The notes below the pieces were generated by a model that searched no databases, was not told the origin of the DNA, and saw only the letters and a program-made list of their open reading frames with translations. The translations under genes and the position numbers were made by a program. From IMG/VR virus record IMGVR_UViG_2585427776_000001: a stretch of DNA of 8,016 nucleotides; one strand, written 5' to 3'. Shown here piece after piece: positions 1-7,493 of the stretch. This DNA comes from a virus (lineage: Duplodnaviria > Heunggongvirae > Uroviricota > Caudoviricetes). Each line of letters opens with the position of its first letter. Position 1 is the stretch's first letter.

Positions 1-1255
1 AACGACCACCACGCGCCATCAATTGAACAACACGCGTGCCCAGGCGAACATCTTTCACATAGCGGGAATCAAAATTCCCCCAGTTGCTGGGTTGTATCTG
101 ACCGTTAACAGCAAATATTACTGAGTTATCTGTATTTCGCTGACTATAGAAATGCCAGCCAGAATCATCGCCAAGCTCTGCAACAGTTGGCCTTGACGAA
201 GCGCCCCATAAATTAAACCCTACGTTCTTCGTGGAGTTGTTGGAGCTGGATAGCGTGAATTTTTTACCATCCCCGGCCTGAATATTTTTAAAAGCAATAG
301 CCACTCCATTCTGAAAGCGGAATACACGCTGACTATTAGCATAAACATCCAGAATACCGTCTCCATTCTGTTTAAATCCGGTGTCATTATCACCAAGAAC
401 AATAGAGCTACCACCTAACGCATTCGTCGAACCAACTCCAAGACTGCCATTAATGACAGCATTAACCAGAATATTTAGTGCATCCCATTTCAGCGTCATC
501 AGGTCTTTTGTTGTGGTGCTTTGTTTGCTTCTCCATTTGAAATATTCATTGCCGTTGTCGCCTGTTTCAAACCACATGAATGAATCAGTGTCACCATCGG
601 CATCATTTTTAAATCCAATCTTCGCCCAGTCAGTATTTCGAATCCAGGCAAGGATTGAGTCGTTTTCAAAAGTAAGTCCACCGGATAAGGTATCGCCTGT
701 CTTTTGAACGGCGTTACCAGCCTTGTTTACCGTTTCCTGCAAACCGAGGTTTTGGATAAACAGCGGCTTATTGGGAATATCTGCTCCGTTCCGCTCTTTT
801 GCCAGACGGGCATTGGCATTATCCATCGCAATTTTCACCGCTTTTGCGGTGGCTGCCAGCGTTTCACTGGGGCTGTCAGTGGCACTGGTTAGCTGAACGA
901 GTCCTTTTTTGTTCAGGCTGGCATCATAGATATCCAGATTTTCACGTGCTGTACGCTGTGCTGATGCCCCGGCAGTTTTAATTTCGCTGAGGTTATTTTT
1001 TATCAGCAGCGCGTTCTTGTTCATGATGGCTTTAATGGACAGTGCAAGCTGGTTTAATTTTGTTTTATCCGGTTGAATACCGGCTTCTTCCAGCGTGTTT
1101 AATAACTCCGCCTGCACAATATTAAACCAGTCCATGCCGGGCCATGTGATAACATTATTCCCGTCACCTTCTGAAAACCAGCGAACGATAGCACTACGCT
1201 GGGCGGATACGGGCGGCATGACGGTTACGCCGCTGTCGTTATCAATATAAAACAT
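1..1255 (-). CDS. S: Tail fibre protein (Mu S / gp49-like), N-terminal ~417 codons; 3' end runs off the window start
   Basis: Manual minus-strand translation from ATG at 1253-1255 (MFYIDNDSGVTVMPPVSAQRSAIVRWFSEGDG...) is open with no stop down to position 2. Contains the tail-fibre repeat region (DIYDASLNKKGLVQLTSATDSPSETLAATAKAV) typical of Mu S / P1 S / P2 H-type fibres. Start overlaps the stop of the upstream gene (TAATG). Absent from the ORF track because it has no in-window stop. Confidence 0.85.
   Translation of the reverse strand, partial: MFYIDNDSGVTVMPPVSAQRSAIVRWFSEGDGNNVITWPGMDWFNIVQAELLNTLEEAGIQPDKTKLNQLALSIKAIMNKNALLIKNNLSEIKTAGASAQRTARENLDIYDASLNKKGLVQLTSATDSPSETLAATAKAVKIAMDNANARLAKERNGADIPNKPLFIQNLGLQETVNKAGNAVQKTGDTLSGGLTFENDSILAWIRNTDWAKIGFKNDADGDTDSFMWFETGDNGNEYFKWRSKQSTTTKDLMTLKWDALNILVNAVINGSLGVGSTNALGGSSIVLGDNDTGFKQNGDGILDVYANSQRVFRFQNGVAIAFKNIQAGDGKKFTLSSSNNSTKNVGFNLWGASSRPTVAELGDDSGWHFYSQRNTDNSVIFAVNGQIQPSNWGNFDSRYVKDVRLGTRVVQLMARGGR
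734..759. other. gix-like site-specific recombination site (Gin/Hin-family invertase crossover site) inside the tail-fibre gene
   Basis: 26-bp imperfect dyad TTCCTGCAAACCGAGGTTTTGGATAA with central GA core and AAACC/GGTTT inner arms. Differs at one position from the gixL sequence as I recall it (TTCCTGTAAACCGAGGTTTTGGATAA). Its position, about 170 codons into the fibre gene, is where the constant/variable boundary is expected. Confidence 0.65.
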
Positions 1256-1797
1256 TAGTTATCTCCGTCATGGTAAACAAATTTATAAATCTGATGTGCG
1301 GGTTTATATTTCTCCAGTAAACATTCCAGCGCACCCGATTCATAAACACGTAACGGCGTCAGAACATTATCCAGCACCGTTGCGTTGCGATAATTTTTAA
1401 TACCGTAAATATTGACCTGCGTAACCCACTGGCCTTCTGTGGAATCCGTCAGCCTGACGGTAAAACCGTACTGCGCAGCCAGCCATTCATAAAAGCGCCG
1501 ACTCAGATTGCCGGTCATACGCATTTTATTCGCGGCAGCCCGCTGGCGTTCGGACAGGGTGCCGTTTTCGCTTGTACAGTCCGGCAACCCCAGAAATGAT
1601 TCCCACTCCCCCAGATACCAGCGGGATGTGGAAGGGAAACGCTCCCGCAGCATTTGCCGCGCATCATCCGCCGCAGTGGCAATCACGTCGCTGATGGCCT
1701 GCGCCAGCGCAGATAATTTGCTGTCGGGGCTTTTATTCCAGGCAAGCCCTGACGGCAGTAATTGCAGAAAGGCCGTCTGATAGGGTGTTACAGCCAT
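1255..1797 (-). CDS. Baseplate wedge protein, Mu gp48 (R)-like / P2 gpI-like
   Basis: 180-aa ORF (MAVTPYQTAFLQLLPSGLAWNK...); position immediately upstream of the tail-fibre gene and downstream of the J-like gene matches Mu/P2 baseplate synteny; stop overlaps the tail-fibre start, and start overlaps the stop of the preceding gene. Confidence 0.8.
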   Translation of the reverse strand: MAVTPYQTAFLQLLPSGLAWNKSPDSKLSALAQAISDVIATAADDARQMLRERFPSTSRWYLGEWESFLGLPDCTSENGTLSERQRAAANKMRMTGNLSRRFYEWLAAQYGFTVRLTDSTEGQWVTQVNIYGIKNYRNATVLDNVLTPLRVYESGALECLLEKYKPAHQIYKFVYHDGDN

Positions 1798-2870
1798 TCA
1801 ATTGTCCCCGGTGTTAACAGTTCCGTATTCTCCGAACGCTGGATCTCTGTCGGGAAACGCACTTCAAAATCATCCAGACCGGTAACACCTGCCACCGCAC
1901 GGATAATACGGGAGGGGGCAAGTGCGCCGCCCGGCGTCACCTCATTAAAAAACATGGTATTAATGGCGTGAGTAATAGCCTGTTTCAGTTCGGCTGTCTT
2001 CGGTGATATATAAATCCGTGGATTTACCGGCTTTGCCTTTGGCGCAAATACCGTGACATATACACCATCAGGCTGTCCGACAATCAGACCAGTGATCGGG
2101 TCAGTATGACCGGCGATATAATCTGCCACACGTTCCACATCTGCCGGTTGTGGAAAAATATTGCTCCGGTTATCCATAACAAACGTCACCCCGACTGTGC
2201 CACCGCCTTTCCATGTCGGAAAACACCAGGCACGGGTAACGCCGCTGACTTCACGCGCCCAGCGAACATAATCAAACTGATTACCGCCGAACGGAGGATA
2301 CTGGACACGATATTCCAGCCGTGACAGCAGCTCCGCTGCACTCTCAATATCAGCCCCACCGGAAAACCCTTTTACAGTGATGGCATCGGAAACAACACAG
2401 GCAACCGGAGTGATCAACGTTAAAAGGGTATTCTCACCGGTATTTCCTGCTTCACCGGCAGCCAGTGCGGTAACGGTAATTTCCGTCGTTCCTGCACGGT
2501 CAATCACAATGGCATCAGCCAGGCTGTAAACCACACCATCAGCACGCTGCCAGCGTGTACCGGCAGGAATGGTGGTCGCTGCCGATGTGGTGACAGTCAG
2601 CGGGCCGCTGGCGGCTGTCGCCTGTTTGCGGCGCACGCCCCAGAACCGGCAGTGCTCCAGCAACTCATCTTCATCTGCTGTCGACGGGATAATCTGCCGT
2701 CCAACCCATGAAATATGCTCGTGACAACCGGCAGCAAGGCCCGCCTGAGCATAAGCAATGGCGCTCAGCGTTTTTTCACGGGCCTGAGGCCAGCTACCCG
2801 GCAGGCGCTGTTCAATATTCTGTTCTGTACGGGCAATCAGCGATGATAATGTCGGTGGTGAATAAGCCAT
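1788..2870 (-). CDS. Baseplate J-like protein, Mu gp47 (W)-like
   Basis: 360-aa ORF (MAYSPPTLSSLIARTEQNIEQRLPG...); size and position typical of the baseplate J family; start ATG 2868-2870 directly abuts the stop of the upstream gene (TAAATG). Confidence 0.85.
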   Translation of the reverse strand: MAYSPPTLSSLIARTEQNIEQRLPGSWPQAREKTLSAIAYAQAGLAAGCHEHISWVGRQIIPSTADEDELLEHCRFWGVRRKQATAASGPLTVTTSAATTIPAGTRWQRADGVVYSLADAIVIDRAGTTEITVTALAAGEAGNTGENTLLTLITPVACVVSDAITVKGFSGGADIESAAELLSRLEYRVQYPPFGGNQFDYVRWAREVSGVTRAWCFPTWKGGGTVGVTFVMDNRSNIFPQPADVERVADYIAGHTDPITGLIVGQPDGVYVTVFAPKAKPVNPRIYISPKTAELKQAITHAINTMFFNEVTPGGALAPSRIIRAVAGVTGLDDFEVRFPTEIQRSENTELLTPGTIEWL

Positions 2871-3308
2871 TTAAACCCCGTTAAATGCTGCTTTAAACTC
2901 ATAAGGAATAACGGAACCATCCGGTAATGTCAGTGCAATGTAGAGGTATAACCAGCCCTGATGTAACTGTTCCGCTCTGACGTTAATCGCACTTACCCGG
3001 CCCGCTGTTTTCAGCCATTCCAGCGCCTCTTCGGCATACCCTCTGGCGCGTTCCAGCGTATCCGGTGTGGCTTTTTCACGTGATAACAGCCACAACCGCG
3101 AACCGATGGGGCGGTCGCGGTAACTGTCCCCCCACCATCCACGGCGATCATCTGAACCATCCGGCAGCGTGTCAGAATCCAGCGCGCGCCGGTCGGTAAA
3201 CAGGGAGATTGTCACATCGGTTGTCAGGCTGTCGTCGGTCAGCATATCAATGCCATCCTGTGCAATATCGCCGCGCCCGTTCGTCCAGATAATGGCTAAA
3301 TCGGTCAT
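2871..3308 (-). CDS. Baseplate protein, Mu gp46 (V)-like / P2 gpW-like (phage GP46 family)
   Basis: 145-aa ORF (MTDLAIIWTNGRGDIAQDGIDMLTDD...); small acidic protein between the spike and J-like genes as in Mu/P2 baseplate operons; ATGA start/stop overlap with the upstream spike gene. Confidence 0.8.
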   Translation of the reverse strand: MTDLAIIWTNGRGDIAQDGIDMLTDDSLTTDVTISLFTDRRALDSDTLPDGSDDRRGWWGDSYRDRPIGSRLWLLSREKATPDTLERARGYAEEALEWLKTAGRVSAINVRAEQLHQGWLYLYIALTLPDGSVIPYEFKAAFNGV

Positions 3309-3898
3309 TGCATTGGCCCCGTGGTTCCGCCGCTGTCGCCACGGTGGATATGCTTATCCGTCGATTTGCCATTGATGATGGCATCCGGGGCAGTAATATT
3401 GCTGTCGAACTGGCTTTTACCTTTAACGCCCAGACCTTTCTGGATCTCAACGTCGCCGGTAAACGTGGTTCTGGGTGTGTCAACGGTCATACTTTCATCA
3501 GCGTAAACCTCGACCGTTTTACAGGTAATGATGCAGCGTCCGTCCTTTGTCAGCCTGATACGATGCCCCTCATGGTGGTAAATGCCTGCATCACCCGGTT
3601 CAAGATTTGTCGGGCGGTAGCGGCGGTCTTCCACCACAACAGCAATCCCCTGATCACGTTGTGCGCCTACACAGGCAATCAGCGCCTCTGCGCCCGGCAG
3701 GGGAACGCTGAAATGTCCGTAATTTTGCAGGCGCTCCACTTCATCGGATTCCTCATCATCCAGCAGACCGACCTGCAGGTTCTGAACTTTTCGCCCGTCG
3801 TTAATCACGTTAACAACGGCACGCGCAAGCATCAGGCGCACACGACGCATCAGCGGTGTCAGCAGGCGGTTCATGGCGGAATCATTTACTCTTTCCAC
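3305..3898 (-). CDS. Baseplate central spike / assembly protein V-like, Mu gp45 (Q)-like
   Basis: 197-aa ORF ([35 protein letters not shown]...), with a C-terminal segment ending KSTDKHIHRGDSGGTTGPMQ; size and synteny fit the gpV/gp45 spike family. Confidence 0.85.
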   Translation of the reverse strand: MERVNDSAMNRLLTPLMRRVRLMLARAVVNVINDGRKVQNLQVGLLDDEESDEVERLQNYGHFSVPLPGAEALIACVGAQRDQGIAVVVEDRRYRPTNLEPGDAGIYHHEGHRIRLTKDGRCIITCKTVEVYADESMTVDTPRTTFTGDVEIQKGLGVKGKSQFDSNITAPDAIINGKSTDKHIHRGDSGGTTGPMQ

Positions 3899-5025
3899 GG
3901 CGGCGTTTTCTCCGGGTGTCTGCGATAATAATCTTCAACCAGCGCATCAATACCGCCGTTACTGTCGCCGCCTTTCCTGTTTTTGCGGTCGCTTTCAACC
4001 GGCACCAGAAAGCCTTCGCGTGGTGCAAGGCTGACGCGGGTTTTCAGCCCGTCCTGGTCATTCAGTATCAGGGTGACTTTGCTGACCAGTAATTCTGTGG
4101 TTTTGATGGCATATTTCGAGGCATCAATAGTGACCAGCAGGTTCGGCATCCAGAGTTGCCCGTCCTTGCGTGTCCATCCGTCAATTTCTGCCTCAAAGGT
4201 GATGGATTTTGCCAGTCTGCGGCGTTGCTCACGCAGGGCGCGGGCCTGTGCATCCTTCGCCGTAATTTTGCTGTCGGCAATGATGATCATCGGTCTGTAA
4301 CGGGTCACATCACTGTCAGTGGCGGTCCCTTTCCGGGAGACGATACTTTTCGCATCAATATCATCACCCTCAGCACCATTTGCGCGGGCATACCCCTTGA
4401 CGGTGTATTCGCTGAACCGGTCGCGGAAGTCTTCCTCAAAATCCAGTGTTAGCAGATTTTCTCCGAGAACCAGCTCATCAGTGGCTGTGCTGGCAGCCCG
4501 GCTGAATACCAGCTCTCCGGCGGCATTGCTGGTCATCAGTACACCGCGTGCGCGGGAGGCACGCACCAGCGCCTCATAAACGGTTTCTGAATGGTCCAGC
4601 GTGAAGCCGGGAAAAACTGCCGAACTTTCCTTATCGGAAAGCTCCCAGCGAACGGTAACGCCATAAGGGGTGCACAGGTCACGCGCAATCTGCTCCAGTG
4701 TGCGGTTTTTCCATTGTCCGCCACTGTAAACGGCAGCACAGTCAATCAGGTCAGCCGTTTTGTCACGTCCGGCGATAGTGATTTTCATACTGTCAGCGGT
4801 CATCTGGCGTCGCCGTGAATCGATATAACCGGTGCAGACAATCTGCCCCTCGATTTCCAGCGTGAACTTCTTCCCCGGTGCCAGCCCGGATAAATCCGTG
4901 CCCGGTGGCACGTTCACCCCCAGCTCAAAATATCCGGCTACGGATTCAATCGAGCGGGTGACAGAGACTGACGTCCAGCCGGTAAAAAGCCTGCCATCCG
5001 TTCGCAGCGTGACGGTATTACTCAT
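3886..5025 (-). CDS. Baseplate hub protein, Mu gp44 (P)-like / P2 gpD-like (late control D family)
   Basis: 379-aa ORF ([37 protein letters not shown]...); position between the N-like and spike genes; overlaps both neighbours by a few codons. Confidence 0.85.
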   Translation of the reverse strand: MSNTVTLRTDGRLFTGWTSVSVTRSIESVAGYFELGVNVPPGTDLSGLAPGKKFTLEIEGQIVCTGYIDSRRRQMTADSMKITIAGRDKTADLIDCAAVYSGGQWKNRTLEQIARDLCTPYGVTVRWELSDKESSAVFPGFTLDHSETVYEALVRASRARGVLMTSNAAGELVFSRAASTATDELVLGENLLTLDFEEDFRDRFSEYTVKGYARANGAEGDDIDAKSIVSRKGTATDSDVTRYRPMIIIADSKITAKDAQARALREQRRRLAKSITFEAEIDGWTRKDGQLWMPNLLVTIDASKYAIKTTELLVSKVTLILNDQDGLKTRVSLAPREGFLVPVESDRKNRKGGDSNGGIDALVEDYYRRHPEKTPPWKE

Positions 5026-6088
5026 TAATCACCTCAATACTGACACCACCGGGAACAAACAACGGGTTGCTGATACCGTTCCTGCGGGCCAGCCGTTGCC
5101 AGTTCCGGCTGTTTCCTGTGTAACGGTACAGAGCCACCATTGCAGGCATCGTCTCCGGCAGGCGGTGCGTTTCACTGCCCGCCAGTTGCAGCCCGCGTTT
5201 TTCCAGGTCGGCAACAACCAGCAGACGCAGTTGCGTAAGCTGAACGCTGTCTGTCGAAAAGCCCTGCTCAGATGCCGTCAGAATGACGGTATCCAGCGCT
5301 GCCCCCAGCATGGCGGCTGTTTTTCCGATATCGGACACACTTTCAAATACCGGGGGCGTGGCTGTACCACTGTCTGAAAAGGATACCTGTGAAAAGCCGC
5401 CGTCCGGGGTTATGGCAGTTAACTGTAACTGTCCCTGTGTGACGGTAGCGGATGTGCTGCTGGCCCCGCTGGCTGTGCCGGTTGTGGTGGACGGGGCATC
5501 CAGTACAGGTGCACGGGCGGCATTATCCATCCGGCGACTGAAATCCAGTGCCGCAGTCAGTGCCTGGCTTGCTGCCTCCGCCCGGTATGTCTGTGCTGCT
5601 GCCAGCATGACGTAGTTCAGTGTGGCAATATTTTTTTCTGCAACCGGACTGTTGTACGAGGTTGTGATTGTCCCCTGTCTGCCTGCGGTGGCGGCATGGC
5701 GACGTTCGAATCGCTGCGCCAGACGGTTCCATGTGGAAAATGCTGTCCGGGTATCGCATAACGATGAAACGCCGGACAGCGCCCCCATCAGCGAGGAGGC
5801 CAGCATGGCAGGCTGGTTAATCAGGCTGGTCACAGAGCCTTTCATCGCAGAAAGCGATCCCATCAGACCGCTGACAGTCTGCGTAACCCCCAGATTGTCC
5901 ACCGCATCACTGATATCATCGATGACACCGGTTACAGCTTCCATCACGGCGGTTGCCGCCGCAGTGCCATCTTTTACGGTCTGCCAGACAGAGGACAGCG
6001 TATCTCCCAGAGAACCGGTTACAGCAACGGCCTGTGCCGGTACGGCTGCACTGGTGTCTGTCTCTGCGTCCGGGGCAGTATCCTGCAA
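5018..6088 (-). pseudogene. DNA circularization protein N (Mu gp43)-like, apparently 5'-truncated remnant
   Basis: 356 codons in frame with the downstream baseplate genes (ends ...[21 protein letters not shown]). The frame stays open upstream to 6118 but has no ATG/GTG start with a Shine-Dalgarno (the track's start is a TTG), and the first ATG is about 49 codons in. The upstream end abuts the transposase remnant in another frame. Truncation is inferred from my recollection that Mu N is considerably longer; this needs alignment to confirm. Confidence 0.6.
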
Positions 6089-6095
6089 CGACGGA

Positions 6096-6218
6096 TATCT
6101 GTCGAAACACCCACTGTTCTAACCTTGCTTTACGAGAGATCGCGCTAGAGGATTTTGGAAGACCTATCAGCCCTTCTAATTTCTTTGCAGAAAACCAATC
6201 ATTACATTGTGGTTGCAT
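6096..6218 (-). pseudogene. A: Transposase A N-terminal fragment (about 40 codons of the operator/enhancer-binding winged-helix domain), fused out of frame to the N remnant
   Basis: ATG at 6216-6218, 2 nt after the ner stop. [41 protein letters not shown] is clearly paralogous to the repressor N-terminus in this same window ([35 protein letters not shown]), as expected for the Mu/D108 A and c pair. Similarity stops after about codon 41 and the reading frame then runs through the N remnant in a different frame (track ORF 5916..6224). Confidence 0.65.
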
Positions 6219-6220
6219 TT

Positions 6221-6439
6221 TCAATACCTCGAAGGCCAGATGTCTCGTGGCTCAACTCCCAATGCATCGGCAATGATTCTTTCCCCCCGAGGGTAAGGTT
6301 TATCCAAGGCATTTTTTACCGTAGAGATAGAGAGACCGTTCTCACGACCAAGAGCTGCTAGGCTTTTTCCTCTTTTGCGCAGATCAGCAACAATGTCGTA
6401 TCTACTTTTGTCTTCACATTTACTTTTCTTTATCGCCAT
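6221..6439 (-). CDS. ner: Ner-family DNA-binding transcriptional regulator (Mu Ner / Nlp-like)
   Basis: 72 aa from ATG 6437-6439 ([72 protein letters not shown]), with GAGGA 9 nt upstream. The C-terminal WPSRY and overall pattern match the Ner/Nlp family; divergent from the repressor gene as in Mu. The track ORF starts 3 codons earlier at a TTG. Confidence 0.85.
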   Translation of the reverse strand: MAIKKSKCEDKSRYDIVADLRKRGKSLAALGRENGLSISTVKNALDKPYPRGERIIADALGVEPRDIWPSRY

Positions 6440-6448
6440 AAAATGCAA

Positions 6449-6639
6449 TCCTCACAAGCTACGCCATCAGCTACGCCGCAAGGTAGCTGATAAGGTATGC
6501 AGCAATGCTAGTGTGAATACATTGTCAATGCAATAGTGTATTCAAATGTTTTGTTTGAAATTCATCTATCTCGATGATTTTAAAGTGAATATATTTTTCA
6601 TTTCTTTGAATACATCGTGTATTTAAAGCGAGGTTTGTG
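6449..6639. promoter_or_regulatory. Divergent early-promoter/operator region between ner and c (Pe/Pc with operator repeats)
   Basis: AT-rich 190-bp intergenic region with repeated TGAATAYA motifs: TGAATACA 6514-6521 paired with inverted TGTATTCA 6537-6544; TGAATACA 6607-6614 paired with inverted TGTATTTA 6618-6625; TGAATATA 6586-6593. A TTGACA hexamer on the minus strand (plus 6523-6528) lies between the first pair. Exact promoter elements and transcription start sites are not determined. Confidence 0.5.
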
Positions 6640-7155
6640 ATGACACAAGAATGGTTTTCAGCTAAAGAGCTACAAGGGGTTGCTGGTCTTCCGTCTTCAG
6701 CAAGTAGTATTAGCCGCAAAGCAACTAATGAGGGATGGAAAAAGAGACAGATCAAAGGAGTAAAGGGTGTTGCTTATGAATACCATATCAGCTCATTACC
6801 TGATGCCACTCAGGCAGAATTAGGAGGGGCGCAGTTATTAGATAACGATAAGTCAGCTTATAAGTTAGCTTCTGTGTTAATGGCTTTGGTTGCAGAGTTA
6901 GAACCAGAGGAAATCCAGAGGGCATTAAAGCTACTTAGTAAAGGTGGACTTAGTGCACTAATGCCAAGTATCTTTGATCAGACTCAAATCCAATCTCTGC
7001 ACGGCGTATCGCGTGAGTGCATACAACTCGCCCAAATGCTAGAAACTTTACCAGCAGAAGAGCGCAAAGAGATTTTGTCAGAGCATGGTATTCATGAACA
7101 GGAAAGTCTTGTAGCTCCTTCGCAAGAACCACAAGATGTAAAAAAAGCCGTATAA
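6640..7155 (+). CDS. c: Prophage repressor c (Mu Repc-family; immunity specificity appears non-Mu, possibly D108-type)
   Basis: 171 aa from ATG 6640 (GAGG 7 nt upstream; track ORF starts one codon earlier at GTG 6637). N-terminal winged-helix domain paralogous to the A remnant; C-terminus (...[29 protein letters not shown]) resembles the Mu repressor C-terminal tail as I recall it; transcribed toward the Mu left end as in Mu. Confidence 0.85.
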   Translation: MTQEWFSAKELQGVAGLPSSASSISRKATNEGWKKRQIKGVKGVAYEYHISSLPDATQAELGGAQLLDNDKSAYKLASVLMALVAELEPEEIQRALKLLSKGGLSALMPSIFDQTQIQSLHGVSRECIQLAQMLETLPAEERKEILSEHGIHEQESLVAPSQEPQDVKKAV

Positions 7156-7321
7156 CAACCATGAACCAGCTAAAACATACTTCACCTCACATAATCACAC
7201 ATGTAACATACCTAAACGGCATGAGCTGATTTGTGATATGAGTCATTTGGTTACAGCCTGGTTGTTATCGGTTTTGAACGTTTTTTGAAGCTGTTATTGA
7301 AATGATTTGCAGTGTTTTTGT

Positions 7322-7493
7322 TTTTCGTATTTTCAATGAAACAAAAGCAATTTTTTACTATCTTTCGCGTTTCATTGATTAACGACTAAAATTTGCGCTA
7401 CAGGCTTGCAAGCCCCACCAAATCTAATCCCATCAGATCCCGAATAATCCAATGTCCTCCCGGTTTTTTTCGTACTTCAAGTGAATCAATACA
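7322..7493. repeat. Mu-type left end (attL) with three MuA-binding-like repeats (L3-like 7322-7340, L2-like 7362-7379, L1-like 7467-7485) and terminal ...CA at 7492-7493
   Basis: On the bottom strand the three copies align as TTCACTTGAAGTACGAAAA (L1), ATCAATGAAACGCGAAAG (L2) and TTCATTGAAAATACGAAAA (L3). Their spacing from the terminus (about 9-27, 115-132 and 154-172 bp) matches the L1/L2/L3 arrangement known for Mu. Confidence 0.8.

Larger units (their letters stand above)
1..7493. mobile_element. Mu-family (Mu/D108-like) transposable prophage, left-end portion with internal deletion; continues beyond the window start
   Basis: Mu-type left-end terminus at 7493 (bottom strand reads TGTATTGATTCACTTGAAGTACGAAAAAAACCGGGAGG); immunity genes c and ner arranged divergently; transposase N-terminal remnant; syntenic Mu-like baseplate and tail-fibre operon. 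Host yhbQ sequence begins at 7494. Confidence 0.85.

Noticed and set aside
220-981. Short ORFs on both strands (220..414, 381..707, 499..681, 704..892, 799..981)
   Set aside because: All lie within the continuous tail-fibre reading frame, which manual translation shows is open across this whole interval on the minus strand; they are alternative-frame artefacts.
3308-3928. 206-aa plus-strand ORF, and similar plus-strand ORFs at 4832..5377, 5283..5615, 5622..6122, 3983..4300 and 4156..4452
   Set aside because: They lie entirely antisense to well-supported, syntenic baseplate genes in a GC-rich region, with no RBS or recognisable family features; treated as shadow ORFs.
5916-6224. 102-aa minus-strand ORF taken as a complete protein
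   Set aside because: Only the first ~40 codons (the transposase A N-terminal domain) are meaningful. The remainder is an out-of-frame read through the N remnant created by the deletion.
6525-6755. 76-aa minus-strand ORF across the operator region and the start of c
   Set aside because: Overlaps the c start antisense and the AT-rich operator region; no RBS; a low-complexity AT-rich artefact.
6950-7162. 70-aa minus-strand ORF inside c
   Set aside because: Antisense to the well-supported repressor gene; no independent evidence.
7445-7470. Possible intrinsic terminator (T-run cggttttttt after cctccc)
   Set aside because: No convincing GC-rich inverted repeat precedes the T-run; the sequence is instead part of the terminal MuA-binding region.
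6449-7493. Identification as canonical bacteriophage Mu
   Set aside because: The ends and tail genes look Mu-like, but the c, ner and A N-terminal sequences do not match what I recall for Mu itself; I call it a Mu/D108-family element pending a database search.
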